Positions 44,319 through 53,510 are shown, numbered from the stretch's first letter. The stretch: 64,000 bases of DNA from Patescibacteria group bacterium (GCA_943355005.1 CALRDV010000003.1:8590-72589), one strand, 5' to 3'. Numbers and translations are program-made. The notes: generated from the letters alone by a model not told the origin.

Positions 44319-46346
44319 TTATTTGGTGATCTGATTTAGGCGGTCTTTGGCGGCTTCGTAGTCTGGCTTAAGTTCGATGGCTTTTTGGAAGGCAAGCTTG
44401 GCCGCTTCCAGTGTAGATTTTGCGTCGGTGCTGGCTCCGAGGACTTTGGACTCCGACATGGATTGGGCTAAGCTAGCGTAAAGAATACCAATGTTGTAAT
44501 AATTGGTCGCTTCGGTGGGAGAGAGCTCGGTAATTTTTAGTAGCGTGTTAATTGCGTCCAAATTATATTTTGGATCTAAAGTTGCCAGAGATAGTTCGGT
44601 ACGGGCTTTGGTCTTTAGTAGATTTAAATTGTATTTATTCATCTCTACCGCTTTCGCAATATTTGTAACTGAATCACTCATGTATTGATTAAGATAGTCT
44701 TGGCCTCTTTTCTTTAAATCGGCGGAAGTGGAGGCAGTAAAGTCTTTCATCTGAGGTGCAATAATTTGGACGGCAACTAGCGCTTGGACATTTCCGAGCT
44801 GGGCATAATAAATCGGCTCGCGTGGATTTAAATCGATTGCCTTGAGATCTTCCGAGAGATTGTTCCTGCCGGCAGTGTAAGCCAGATCGGCGACCCACAG
44901 CCGTCGTACTCCAAGAAGTAGCCAAATGGCTAAGATAATGATAAGAGTTTTGCCAACCGTCTCGTTTAGATTATTTTTTTGAGAAATAATTTTGGCTTGT
45001 TCGGTCGCGGAAATATAAATGGCGGGGAAGAGGAAAAAGAAAATGGCAACGTTTACGACAGAGAAGCCGAAGTAGTTGGTGATGAGAATACTGATGAAGC
45101 CGAGGAGGAGAGGGAGGGATAGGGAACTGGATTCCGGATCAGGTCCGGAATGACGAGATATAAAAATACAAATAATTGAAACAATGAGGAAAAGATAGGC
45201 TGCGAGACCGACGAAGCCGGTATTGGCCAAGAAATTTAAATATTCGTTGTGAGCTTTGTTGTAAAGAAAATCAGACTCGGAAGTGAGATTGTGAGCTGCG
45301 GGCCTTACCCAGTAATAAGTGTAGCCAAAAGTTTCGACTCCGGTACCAAAGAGGGGATACTTCTTACCTAGTTCGATGGCGCCTGTCCAGACGACGCGAC
45401 GGATAGTCATGGAGTCTGAGCCACCAACGCGGGTTTTGTTTTCTTCGTTGATGATGGATTCGGTATTGGAATAGAGAGGATTAATCTTGTTTAAAGAGGA
45501 AAGAGTTCGAGAAACCGAACTGCCTTTAAAAAATATTACTAAAGCAAGAAGTATTCCTAAGCCATAAAGAATTTTGGGTTGCTTTTTTTGAAGAGAAATT
45601 ATGATGACAAAAGCGGTTAGGATTACGGCTGTGGCGCCAATGCCGGATTGAGAGCGGGTAAAGAGAATAGAAATCAGAAAGAGTCCGGACAAAAAGACGT
45701 GGGCAAAGCGGGAATTAATATTTTTGGTGTTTACCGCGGTAAAAAGGGAAATGGGAAGTAGAGCAATTAAATATGCAGAGAGCCAGTTTGGCTGACCCAA
45801 AGTGGAGAAGACGCGATTCTGGACATCTTGCACCCAGACATTTTTATCAATACCCATTTTTTCCAAGACAGCGTAACCGGCTGTAATCGCCGCGGTAGTT
45901 AGGATGGCGTAGAAAAGATTTTTTATGGCTTTAGCTTGTCCCAAAAAATGGGTGACGAGAGCGTAAAAAAGAATGACGTAGCAAATGGTGGACATCAAGC
46001 CACCATGGAAGCGGGAGTAATAGCCCCAAAGACTTGTGTGCCGGTCGATGGAAATATAGGTGGAAATGATTTGTGATGTGAGGAAAACTAAAATGGGGAG
46101 GTCCAGAGGTGTTTTGGCAATCTCAAATTTCTTGATTTCGAAGGACCGCCAAAGCCAACCGGCAGAAATAATAATCGTCATGGCATAGACGAACATCATC
46201 TTGTTGAATTCGAAAACTTCGGAAGTGAAAGGCCAGAGTAAAAGAGGGGTGATGAAGAAAAGGGTGTAGAAACAATAGTGAATAAAAGTGGCCGGTTTTT
46301 GGAAAATTATTTTTGGAGGAAATATCTTTTTCGACGCAGATGACAT
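44319..46346 (-). CDS. O-antigen ligase-like (Wzy_C) polytopic membrane protein with C-terminal TPR repeats
   Basis: 675 aa, many TMs, with 'HNEYLNFLANTGFVGL' (Wzy_C-like) and a TPR-like C-terminus. It contains an in-frame REP-like element at 45129..45156. Confidence 0.6.
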   Translation of the reverse strand: MSSASKKIFPPKIIFQKPATFIHYCFYTLFFITPLLLWPFTSEVFEFNKMMFVYAMTIIISAGWLWRSFEIKKFEIAKTPLDLPILVFLTSQIISTYISIDRHTSLWGYYSRFHGGLMSTICYVILFYALVTHFLGQAKAIKNLFYAILTTAAITAGYAVLEKMGIDKNVWVQDVQNRVFSTLGQPNWLSAYLIALLPISLFTAVNTKNINSRFAHVFLSGLFLISILFTRSQSGIGATAVILTAFVIIISLQKKQPKILYGLGILLALVIFFKGSSVSRTLSSLNKINPLYSNTESIINEENKTRVGGSDSMTIRRVVWTGAIELGKKYPLFGTGVETFGYTYYWVRPAAHNLTSESDFLYNKAHNEYLNFLANTGFVGLAAYLFLIVSIICIFISRHSGPDPESSSLSLPLLLGFISILITNYFGFSVVNVAIFFFLFPAIYISATEQAKIISQKNNLNETVGKTLIIILAIWLLLGVRRLWVADLAYTAGRNNLSEDLKAIDLNPREPIYYAQLGNVQALVAVQIIAPQMKDFTASTSADLKKRGQDYLNQYMSDSVTNIAKAVEMNKYNLNLLKTKARTELSLATLDPKYNLDAINTLLKITELSPTEATNYYNIGILYASLAQSMSESKVLGASTDAKSTLEAAKLAFQKAIELKPDYEAAKDRLNQITK

Positions 46347-46481
46347 GGGTATAGTTTAGCAGAGAAAAGCAAAAGTCCTCCGAAAATATCGGAGGACTTT
46401 AATGGTTGAGATCGCCCAGAGAGTAGCCAAAGCCGTGTCGGAGGTGCACCCCCAACCAACTCCACTGTTTCTCTGGGCTTG

Positions 46482-46555
46482 TGCCCTTGGCGCGACTCGA
46501 ACACGCGACCCTTTGCTCCGCAAGCAAATGCTCTAATCCACTGAGCTACAAGGGC
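46482..46555 (-). tRNA. tRNA-Arg (anticodon GCG as read), CCA not encoded
   Basis: Minus strand reads GCCCTTG-TA-GCTC-AGTGGATTA-GAGC-A-TTTGC-TTGCGGA-GCAAA-GGGTC-GCGTG-TTCGAGT-CGCGC-CAAGGGC-A. There is an upstream TTGACT-N17-TATATT promoter. Confidence 0.7.
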
Positions 46556-46692
46556 TGGGTCAAACTTAAATTTTCATACTACGTGCGCGGATTTCCTATA
46601 ATATATCACGAAGGTCTCAATAAGTCAAGTATTAAGCCTGGTTTTATCAATAAAAAGTCCCGTCTGAATCAGACGGGACTTTACTTCAATGC

Positions 46693-47514
46693 TTAAGGTT
46701 GAGCTGGTTGCAGGCGGGGAAGATTGCCATATTTCTGGCAGAGGTCCATCCCCGTAGTCCAGGTCTGGCCAGGTTTTCGGTCTGAAGGACCGTCTTCGAA
46801 AGTACCCTTACCTGAGTCATTCTTTGGGTAGGCGCCACCCCAGGGTGTGCCTCCGGTCTTCGCCCAATACCAGGCGATTGCATCGCCGTTCGTGACACTG
46901 TCGTAGAATAGGTACGCCACTTTTAAAATGGCGCCTGTTGCATCATCCGACAAAGTGCCACAGTTTTTGAACGGAGGCATATCTCCCGGCTTTGCTTTAG
47001 AAACTACCTCGAGCAACTTACTTATTATGTCTCGAGCGCGAGAGCCGTTGATGGTGGGGCTGTTTTGCTTTGAGGTGTGGTGTTGATACGCCAGACTTTC
47101 ACCAATCGCATTACCAGCGGCAGCAGCCACAAGAACGTAAGCCGTATTTTTGATCATGACAAGAGCGTAGACTATCGCATTATCGCCATTTCCTGGTGTA
47201 AGGCGAGAAACGCTCATTGTGGGAACGAGAACCATGTCTAAATTGTCCAATTCTCCCTTTCCACACTGCCAGATAAGTGCATCTTCGCCGAACAAATCGG
47301 TATCAACTGACATTGGCGAAATGTTGGGCACGTTGTTCACACAGGCATCGTACTCCTGTGTGTAGGTGAGAGTGTTGTCTACGGCCACATTTTGGCCGGC
47401 GACGTAGTTCGGGTCGGTGGGTGGCAGATCTTGGTGTGCCACACCTGATCCGACACAGGCTGATAACACAAGACTAAAAACGGTGAGTATCGCGAATACG
47501 AAATATTTTTTCAT
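46693..47514 (-). CDS. lipoprotein, hypothetical
   Basis: 273 aa with signal peptide and lipobox 'LSAC'. There is a downstream terminator hairpin at 46655..46684. Confidence 0.5.
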   Translation of the reverse strand: MKKYFVFAILTVFSLVLSACVGSGVAHQDLPPTDPNYVAGQNVAVDNTLTYTQEYDACVNNVPNISPMSVDTDLFGEDALIWQCGKGELDNLDMVLVPTMSVSRLTPGNGDNAIVYALVMIKNTAYVLVAAAAGNAIGESLAYQHHTSKQNSPTINGSRARDIISKLLEVVSKAKPGDMPPFKNCGTLSDDATGAILKVAYLFYDSVTNGDAIAWYWAKTGGTPWGGAYPKNDSGKGTFEDGPSDRKPGQTWTTGMDLCQKYGNLPRLQPAQP

Positions 47515-47779
47515 TTTGGGGTCCTTTCTGAACCACTTATAGAAAAACTTGAGTCTCGTCCGAATGGAAGAGTACGCTTGGTCCCGCTTATGGCGGGACG
47601 CTTGGAAAAAACAATTTCAGAGAGCGAGATCTACTTACTTTTTACTCTCGTAAGTTGGAGCATTATAGCACCACTGAGGCTATTTGTCAAGTTATAGGCC
47701 TTTAAGTAGTCTCCTTGAAGGCTGATATTGAGGCTGGGTGGTGTGAGTCCCGCCTAGGCGGGAGACGTTGCTGTTGCCT

Positions 47780-47806
47780 GGATTCCGGATCAAGTCCGGA
47801 ATGACA
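47780..47806. repeat. REP-like element, subtype 1
   Basis: ggattccggatcaagtccggaatgaca. Confidence 0.6.
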
Positions 47807-47814
47807 AATATCCT

Positions 47815-47852
47815 GGATTGCCACGGTTCGGAGTACCGAAACTCGCAATGAC
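47815..47852. repeat. REP-like element, subtype 2 (GGATTGCCAC...TCGCAATGAC)
   Basis: ggattgccacggttcggagtaccgaaactcgcaatgac, a nested hairpin. It sits 8 nt after the subtype-1 copy. Other copies: 52156..52194 and 63688..63726 (variant inner stem). Confidence 0.55.
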
Positions 47853-47921
47853 GGTGTTAGTCTCGCTTTAGTGGCTATACTTTGATATTATTTAGGGGCA
47901 TTATGACTACTTTAAATTATC

Positions 47922-48986
47922 ATGTTTGAGAAACTCTGGAGATTGGCGACACTAGATGTAGGCATAGATCTAGGCACGGCCAATGTGGTAGTTCATGTCA
48001 GAGGCAAGGGAGTAGTCATTCGTCAGCCGTCTGTGGTAGCGAGGAACATGAAGACGAAAGAAATTTTGGCGATGGGGGATGAGGCTAAGAAGATGCTTGG
48101 GAAGAATCCGGCGAATATCGAGGTGGTAAGGCCACTGAGAGACGGAGTTATCGCTGATTTTGATGCAGCCGAGGCGATGCTCAAGCACTATATTGTGGAA
48201 GTTCATGAGTTATATAAAGGCTTAGGCTTCAAAATCCCGAGACCAAGAGTGTGTATTGGAATTCCAAGTGGAGTAACTGAGGTGGAAAGAAGAGCTGTCC
48301 AGGAGGCTGCACTTGAAGCCGGAGCACGTGCCGTGTTCTTGGTGGAGGAACCGATGGCGGCTGCAATCGGGTCAGGACTGCCGGTGGAGAAAGCAGAAGG
48401 TCAGCTCATCTGTGATATCGGTGGGGGCACAAGTGAGATTGGTGTTATATCTCTAGGTGGATTAGTGTTGAATCGAAGTTTGCGGGTGGCAGGGGACGAA
48501 TTGACCGAATCGATACAAAATTTTGTTCGATTGAAATACAATCTTTTGCTGGGTGAAAGTACGGCCGAGGAAGTAAAAATCGCAGTCGGGTCAGCTTACC
48601 CGATGAAAAGAGAGAAAGAGGGGAATCCCTTACAGATTGTGGTTCGGGGTAGAAGTTTGGAGGATGGCCTACCAAAGTCTCTGAAGCTTGATAGTGTAGA
48701 GATTCGGGAGTCCTTGATGCCGATAGTCAATCAGATATTGGGAGAGATTGCTTTGATTATCGAGGAAACACCACCTGACCTAGTTGCCGATATTCTGGAA
48801 AAAGGGATGGTGATGGCTGGGGGAGGCAGTTTGATTCGAGGGATAGATAAACTCATTAGTGAGCAGATAGGTATGCCTGTATGGGTGACGGATACACCGC
48901 TTGAGGCGGTGGTTCGAGGCTGTGCTAAGGTGCTAGAGAGTGATAAACTACTTGGGAAAGTAAAAGTCGTGGGTGGGTTGAGGTAA
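47922..48986 (+). CDS. mreB: rod shape-determining protein MreB
   Basis: 354 aa with 'GIDLGTANVVVHV' and the actin-fold motifs. Confidence 0.9.
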   Translation: MFEKLWRLATLDVGIDLGTANVVVHVRGKGVVIRQPSVVARNMKTKEILAMGDEAKKMLGKNPANIEVVRPLRDGVIADFDAAEAMLKHYIVEVHELYKGLGFKIPRPRVCIGIPSGVTEVERRAVQEAALEAGARAVFLVEEPMAAAIGSGLPVEKAEGQLICDIGGGTSEIGVISLGGLVLNRSLRVAGDELTESIQNFVRLKYNLLLGESTAEEVKIAVGSAYPMKREKEGNPLQIVVRGRSLEDGLPKSLKLDSVEIRESLMPIVNQILGEIALIIEETPPDLVADILEKGMVMAGGGSLIRGIDKLISEQIGMPVWVTDTPLEAVVRGCAKVLESDKLLGKVKVVGGLR

Positions 48987-49010
48987 TAAGACTTGATATA
49001 AAATACATTC

Positions 49011-49310
49011 ATGATAGCTAATTCGAAGAAATTTAGTTTAAGAGAAGTAATTGACATGGGTGAGTATCATCCTGACTTTTTAGCCGCTTTTCCTGAGTGG
49101 GAGACTTTGAGTAAACCCATACAATGGGAGTTAATTAAAAAAGCTTTGGATATACGAGAGCGTCAGCTGGTACAGCAATGGGCGGAGATAAACAACATCT
49201 TGGATTTTCGTTTAAAACCAGAGTTGAAAGTCGCCCTAAAAAATATTGAAGAATCAAGACATGAAGTGATGAGAGATAGGGAGATGCTGATAATGGTGTA
49301 TTTTGGATAA
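49011..49310 (+). CDS. hypothetical protein
   Basis: 99-aa ORF. Confidence 0.35.
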   Translation: MIANSKKFSLREVIDMGEYHPDFLAAFPEWETLSKPIQWELIKKALDIRERQLVQQWAEINNILDFRLKPELKVALKNIEESRHEVMRDREMLIMVYFG

Positions 49311-49312
49311 GT

Positions 49313-50110
49313 CTATGGTGAAGTAATGATGGCGAGGTTGTTGGGGTTGGCGTTTAGAGAATCGTAAAGAGAAATTTCGGCTTTTTGCAAAGGCTCTTGA
49401 CTGATGGTGAGAAGTTTGGTAATTTTGCCAATAATTAAATTGCCTGGGAAAAGTTCACCGGGTTCCGTAAAAATAAAATCTCCGAGAATGATAGGGTACT
49501 GGCTGGGGACTTCACCGATTTGAGAAGTGTTCCCTGCATAATGATAAAAACCTTTTTGTCCGGAAGCGGTACGGATGGGGAAGGAGGGAGACTTTTCACT
49601 TTCGAGTGGGGTAATCGTGATGGCGGTGCCTTTGACTTCCAGAACTGTGCCAAGAAGTACATTGCCGGAAACAAGAGGCTGTCCGGGTAGTACTTTATCC
49701 AGCGGGGCGGTGGAAGAAACGATAAATTTTCCCGATGAGCCGGATAGACGGACAGGAATAATGGCCTTAAAAGAATTTTTTAAATTGTCGGTGATTTTTT
49801 TGTCTATCAAGGTTTGTTTTAGGAACTCATTTTCCGAAAGCAAGGACGCAATGTGAGTTTTTTGTTCGCGATTTTGTTTCTCCAAACCGGAGATATTTTT
49901 GAGATAGGTAAATTTATTTTCGACGGTTAGTTTTAGCTTGGCAACAGGTAGTGTGGCCGGAGCAAAAATGATATTAAATATATTGTCTACACTTTTGCCC
50001 ACCTTGAGTTTTCCTGTGGTAGCAAGTAGTATTGACAGCAGAAATGGAAGTAATAGTAGATTTATTTTTATAGAAGTATTCATGATAGATAAGCAAACCA
50101 AGAATATCAT
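49313..50110 (-). CDS. mreC: rod shape-determining protein MreC (inverted relative to mreB, mreD and mrdA)
   Basis: 265 aa with an N-terminal TM, a coiled coil and a C-terminal 'PIILGDFIFTEPGELFPGNLIIGKITKL' matching the MreC beta-domain pattern. The minus-strand reading was confirmed by hand. Confidence 0.6.
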   Translation of the reverse strand: MIFLVCLSIMNTSIKINLLLLPFLLSILLATTGKLKVGKSVDNIFNIIFAPATLPVAKLKLTVENKFTYLKNISGLEKQNREQKTHIASLLSENEFLKQTLIDKKITDNLKNSFKAIIPVRLSGSSGKFIVSSTAPLDKVLPGQPLVSGNVLLGTVLEVKGTAITITPLESEKSPSFPIRTASGQKGFYHYAGNTSQIGEVPSQYPIILGDFIFTEPGELFPGNLIIGKITKLLTISQEPLQKAEISLYDSLNANPNNLAIITSP

Positions 50111-50504
50111 AAAAGCTGCCGTGGCGGTGATATTTTGTGTGCTATTTGGTGAAGGTGTTTTTGGCTTGGGAATTTTTTGGCCTTTTCTTTTGATACTGTT
50201 GGATTGGAGTTGGATTTATTGGTTTTCTTTTGTGATTGGTCTTCTGATAGCTTCGATTTACCGGATACCGGTCGGTCCGCCGGCTTTGTTTCTGGTAATT
50301 GTGACCGGGGGATTATCTTTTGTTTTTAATTCCAGAAAAGAAACCGGCTGGGTGATGCTGGTGATTTCCTTACTTGCTAGTTTTGTTTTTGATAAAGTGT
50401 TTGGAGTTACTTGGAGTATGTGGGATTTTTTCTCGATTGTGGTGGCGTGGATGATTGCTTCCAGGTGGTTTGAAAGGTCGGAAACTATTAAACTGAATTA
50501 TTAA
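50082..50504 (+). CDS. mreD: MreD-like membrane protein
   Basis: The track ORF 49938..50504 was trimmed to the internal ATG at 50082 ('MIDKQTKNII...'), leaving 140 aa with about 5 TMs. Confidence 0.45.
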   Translation: MIDKQTKNIIKAAVAVIFCVLFGEGVFGLGIFWPFLLILLDWSWIYWFSFVIGLLIASIYRIPVGPPALFLVIVTGGLSFVFNSRKETGWVMLVISLLASFVFDKVFGVTWSMWDFFSIVVAWMIASRWFERSETIKLNY

Positions 50505-50522
50505 TTAAGAGTTATTTTTATA

Positions 50523-50548
50523 GATTCCCGATCAGGTCGGGAATGACA
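50523..50548. repeat. REP-like element, subtype 1
   Basis: gattcccgatcaggtcgggaatgaca, between mreD and mrdA. Confidence 0.6.
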
Positions 50549-50552
50549 CTAA

Positions 50553-52088
50553 ATGGGGAAAAAGGAAATATATACCTGGACGAAGATGATTTTGGTGCTA
50601 GTGATGGCCATGGTTTTTTCGCGCGTCTTTTTCTTGACTACTGTCATGGGTGATCATTTTGGGGATTTGGCTCACGGTAATATGATTCGGAAAGAAAAAT
50701 TGGATCCTATCCGTGGCGTGATTACTGACAGATTTGGAAAACCGCTGGCGATGAATATTGATTATTTGGGTAGGACGATTAGGTATTATCCCGGAGGAGA
50801 AACGATTTCGGCTATTGTGGGGTATTTGGGAAAGCCAAGTCAAGGTGACTTGAAAGATTGTGCTCAATGTAATCCGGTGATGACACTTGGAAAAGCAGGA
50901 CTGGAGAAAAGTTATCAGAATGATTTGGTGGGATTTCCGGGCGAAGCCGTAATTCAAGAAACTGCCGACGGGAAGACTAGAAAAGTTATTACTCAGATTG
51001 AGTCTGCTCCCGGGAAAAATCTTAAAACAAATATTGATTTGGAGTTACAGAAGCAGGTTTTTTTGGCCCTGAAAAATAAATATAAAGAAGAGGGGAAAAG
51101 TGGGGCGATGATAGTGGCAAAAGTGAATGGGGAAGTGCTGGCTTTGGCTAGTGTACCGTCCTTTGACCCAAATTTGTTTATTGCGAATGGTAAGCGAAGT
51201 GATTTTGGTGGAGATTATAAGGATATAGAAAGTTTGCTGATAGACGAAAAAGGAAAACCTTTGTTTAATAGGGCAATTTCCGGAGATTTTGCTCCTGGGT
51301 CTGTCTACAAACTTGTGCCAGCGATGGGAGCACTCGAAGAAGGGAAGATAAATCGAGAAACAGAAATTTTGGATACGGGAGAAATAAAAATAGGGTTGTA
51401 TCGCTTTGGGAATTGGTATTTGGATCAGTTTGGAAAGACCGAGGGTGAGGTGAATGTGATAAAAGCGATTTCCAGAAGTAATGATATCTTCTTTTATAAA
51501 ATGGGGGAGGCGCTAGGCGCCGATTCGCTGATTTCATGGACTAAGAGATTTGGTTTGGGAGAAAAAACCGGCATTGATTTGCCTGGTGAGTCTGGAGGTT
51601 TTGTGCCAACGCCTTACTGGAGGGAAAAGACTCTGGGAGAAAAATGGTTTTTGGGGAATACTTATCATATGGCAATTGGTCAGGGAGATCTTATGACGAC
51701 GCCAATACAGATAAATAGAATGACGGCCCAAGCCGTGAGCGGCATGAGCTGTGACCCTATGATTGTCGGAAGTGTGGCGTGTGGAGACCAGAAATTTAAT
51801 CCAAAGAATATTGCGACAATATTGGAAGGGATGAAGGGAGCTTGTAGCCCAGGGGGGACTGCTCCTGCTTTGTTTGAATATGCAGGGAGAATTTACTGCA
51901 AGACTGGTACGGCTCAAGTGGGTTCAAAAGAGACTCTTTCAAACGCTTGGATTAGTGTGGTAATTCCTAAAGGGCAAGATGTTAGAGAGTGGATTGTGAT
52001 TACGGTCCTAGTGGAAGAGGGAGGTCAGGGGAGTGCGGTGGCTGCGCCTGTAGCGAAGGAGATTATGCCGTATTTGATGAAAATTTAG
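50553..52088 (+). CDS. mrdA: penicillin-binding protein 2 (class B transpeptidase)
   Basis: 511 aa with 'APGSVYK' (SxxK), 'SRSND' (SxN) and 'KTGTA' (KTG). Confidence 0.85.
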   Translation: MGKKEIYTWTKMILVLVMAMVFSRVFFLTTVMGDHFGDLAHGNMIRKEKLDPIRGVITDRFGKPLAMNIDYLGRTIRYYPGGETISAIVGYLGKPSQGDLKDCAQCNPVMTLGKAGLEKSYQNDLVGFPGEAVIQETADGKTRKVITQIESAPGKNLKTNIDLELQKQVFLALKNKYKEEGKSGAMIVAKVNGEVLALASVPSFDPNLFIANGKRSDFGGDYKDIESLLIDEKGKPLFNRAISGDFAPGSVYKLVPAMGALEEGKINRETEILDTGEIKIGLYRFGNWYLDQFGKTEGEVNVIKAISRSNDIFFYKMGEALGADSLISWTKRFGLGEKTGIDLPGESGGFVPTPYWREKTLGEKWFLGNTYHMAIGQGDLMTTPIQINRMTAQAVSGMSCDPMIVGSVACGDQKFNPKNIATILEGMKGACSPGGTAPALFEYAGRIYCKTGTAQVGSKETLSNAWISVVIPKGQDVREWIVITVLVEEGGQGSAVAAPVAKEIMPYLMKI

Positions 52089-52155
52089 GTTCGTCATCAC
52101 GAGGAGCGAAAGCGACGTGGTGATCCAGGCTAATGAAAATTCAAAAAGTGGTCCT

Positions 52156-52194
52156 GGATTGCCACAGCTCGGAATACCGAGATTCGCAATGACA
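52156..52194. repeat. REP-like element, subtype 2
   Basis: ggattgccacagctcggaataccgagattcgcaatgaca, just upstream of promoter P1. Confidence 0.55.
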
Positions 52195-52203
52195 AAGAGG
52201 GTC

Positions 52204-52232
52204 TTGACAAATCTCGTGTTATGGGGTATTAT
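52204..52232 (+). promoter_or_regulatory. sigma70-like promoter P1 (TTGACA-N17-TATTAT)
   Basis: The -35 TTGACA is at 52204-52209, the 17-nt spacer ends in TGGGG, and the -10 TATTAT is at 52227-52232. Confidence 0.6.
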
Positions 52233-52239
52233 ATACGTA

Positions 52240-52780
52240 TTCTAGAAATAGAAGTTTACTTTTAAATCTAATGGTTGGCCGCTATGAAATGGAAGTTAAG
52301 GCTTTTGTTTCGTAACGGCCAAAGCCGATACCTGTAATCTAGCAAAGGACCGCCTAGGTTAAACCAGCGCCTTATGATTACAGGGTTCTCGTATAAGTCC
52401 TTCCCCCCTGCAGCGTAGCCTCCGCCGATGTAGGAGCTGATTCCGCATCATTGGTTGACGCATTTCAGGGTATGGAAGCACAATAGGGCGTGATGGCCCT
52501 GTACGAGCGATACGAACCGCCCTTAGCAGGGCATGGCGCCGAGCTTAATGGTTCGGACGTATTGTGAGAGTGTCTCGTCGGAGGTTCACCTGCTATGGTG
52601 ATACCACGCTATCCGGCTGCCAGAGAGCTCTCAGACCAAGATCCTGCCAAGAAGAGGCGCATAAAAACTTCTTGGCGGGATCGTCCGCAAAATGATGTGG
52701 GCCGGCGGACCGCGCCGGCCCCCATCAATCTTTCTTGAAAATAGTAGCCGTCATAATTGTGACGGCTATTTGCTTTTTTG
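52240..52780 (+). ncRNA. candidate structured ncRNA 1 (approx. 540 nt, GC-rich, class unknown)
   Basis: Bounded by P1 and an intrinsic terminator (hairpin 52746..52768 plus T6). It has no long ORF and is GC-rich relative to its surroundings. Confidence 0.5.
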
Positions 52781-52808
52781 AGGCTTGAGGCTGATAGACC
52801 CATAACAC

Positions 52809-52837
52809 TTGACAAAAGGGGAAAGTGGTGGTAGAAT
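52809..52837 (+). promoter_or_regulatory. sigma70-like promoter P2 (TTGACA-N17-TAGAAT)
   Basis: -35 at 52809-52814 and -10 at 52832-52837. Confidence 0.55.
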
Positions 52838-52843
52838 AACTGT

Positions 52844-53400
52844 ATTCTCGAAAGAGATTGTTCCTTAATTCATAAATGAATTTGGACTGCGAAGTTGGTC
52901 ACCAAGCTGGAATTCTAAATATTTGGATTTCGAGCTTGGTGGCCGACAACGCAACGGCGCCATGACGTCCCTTGATGTGAGTACTCCATTTTTTTATCAT
53001 TCAGGAGACTCTATTCTAAACGTATGTATCGTTGTGCACAAAGTTGCGGGGATTCACTGCCTGCTTTGTGTAGTCGCGTTGCTTTCCCTAAGTGCCCCTC
53101 GCAAAGGCAACCTTTCTCAAGACGAGAAGGTGGAAACCGGAGGCAGTCCGGCAGAGAGATTGGGAGATGGTTGCTCAACCGTCTTCACTCTCTGATGGTG
53201 ACTTCCTGAATGAGCCCCTCTTCACATTGGACCCCGGGGTCTATTTGTGTCGAAGCGCGGAAGTCATCCAGTCCTCAGGAGCTGAAAGCAGTGATATGGC
53301 CTTTTTCGGTCTATGCACAAATGCTAGCTCCTGGGGACAAATTCATTTATCTTATTTCATCTCTGAGACCGGCCATGCGCCGGTCTCATTTGCGTTTTTG
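52844..53400 (+). ncRNA. candidate structured ncRNA 2 (approx. 555 nt, GC-rich, class unknown; paralogous 5' region to ncRNA 1)
   Basis: Bounded by P2 and the terminator gagaccggc-catgc-gccggtctc plus T-run (53365..53399). Its 5' motif 'GTATTCTCGAAAGAGA' matches 'GTATTCTAGAAATAGA' of ncRNA 1. It contains only short mutually overlapping ORFs. Confidence 0.5.
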
Positions 53401-53510
53401 GGACTTGTAGTACAATTCCCGTTTGTGTTTGCCCGAGAAAGTTGGGCGCTTAACGTGTATATTTTAAAGAAGGCATGCGGGCGGGTCACGCCCCGCCCCT
53501 ACAAAAAATT

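Noticed and set aside
47571-47768. Palindromes gtcccgc-ttatg-gcgggac (47571..47595) and cccgcctaggcggg (47746..47768) upstream of mreB
   Set aside because: They are hairpins without T-tracts. The first shares 'cccgcttatggcggg' with the terminator at 30361. Two copies are too few to define a family, so they are noted only as part of the palindrome-rich mreB upstream region.
52240-53400. Assigning the two long ncRNAs to RNase P RNA, tmRNA or SRP RNA
   Set aside because: I could not find the RNase P P4 strands (GGAAAGUCCGGGC / ACAGAANCCGGCUUA), the tmRNA tRNA-like ends with a GGUUCGA T-loop plus tag ORF, or the SRP domain-IV consensus. They are left unclassified.
53475-53510. Track start of topA at ATG 53475 ('MRAGHAPPLQKI')
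   Set aside because: This ATG lies inside a GC hairpin (gggcggg-tcacgc-cccgccc) upstream of the canonical TopA N-terminus 'MKLVIVESPTKT'. ATG 53511 was chosen.
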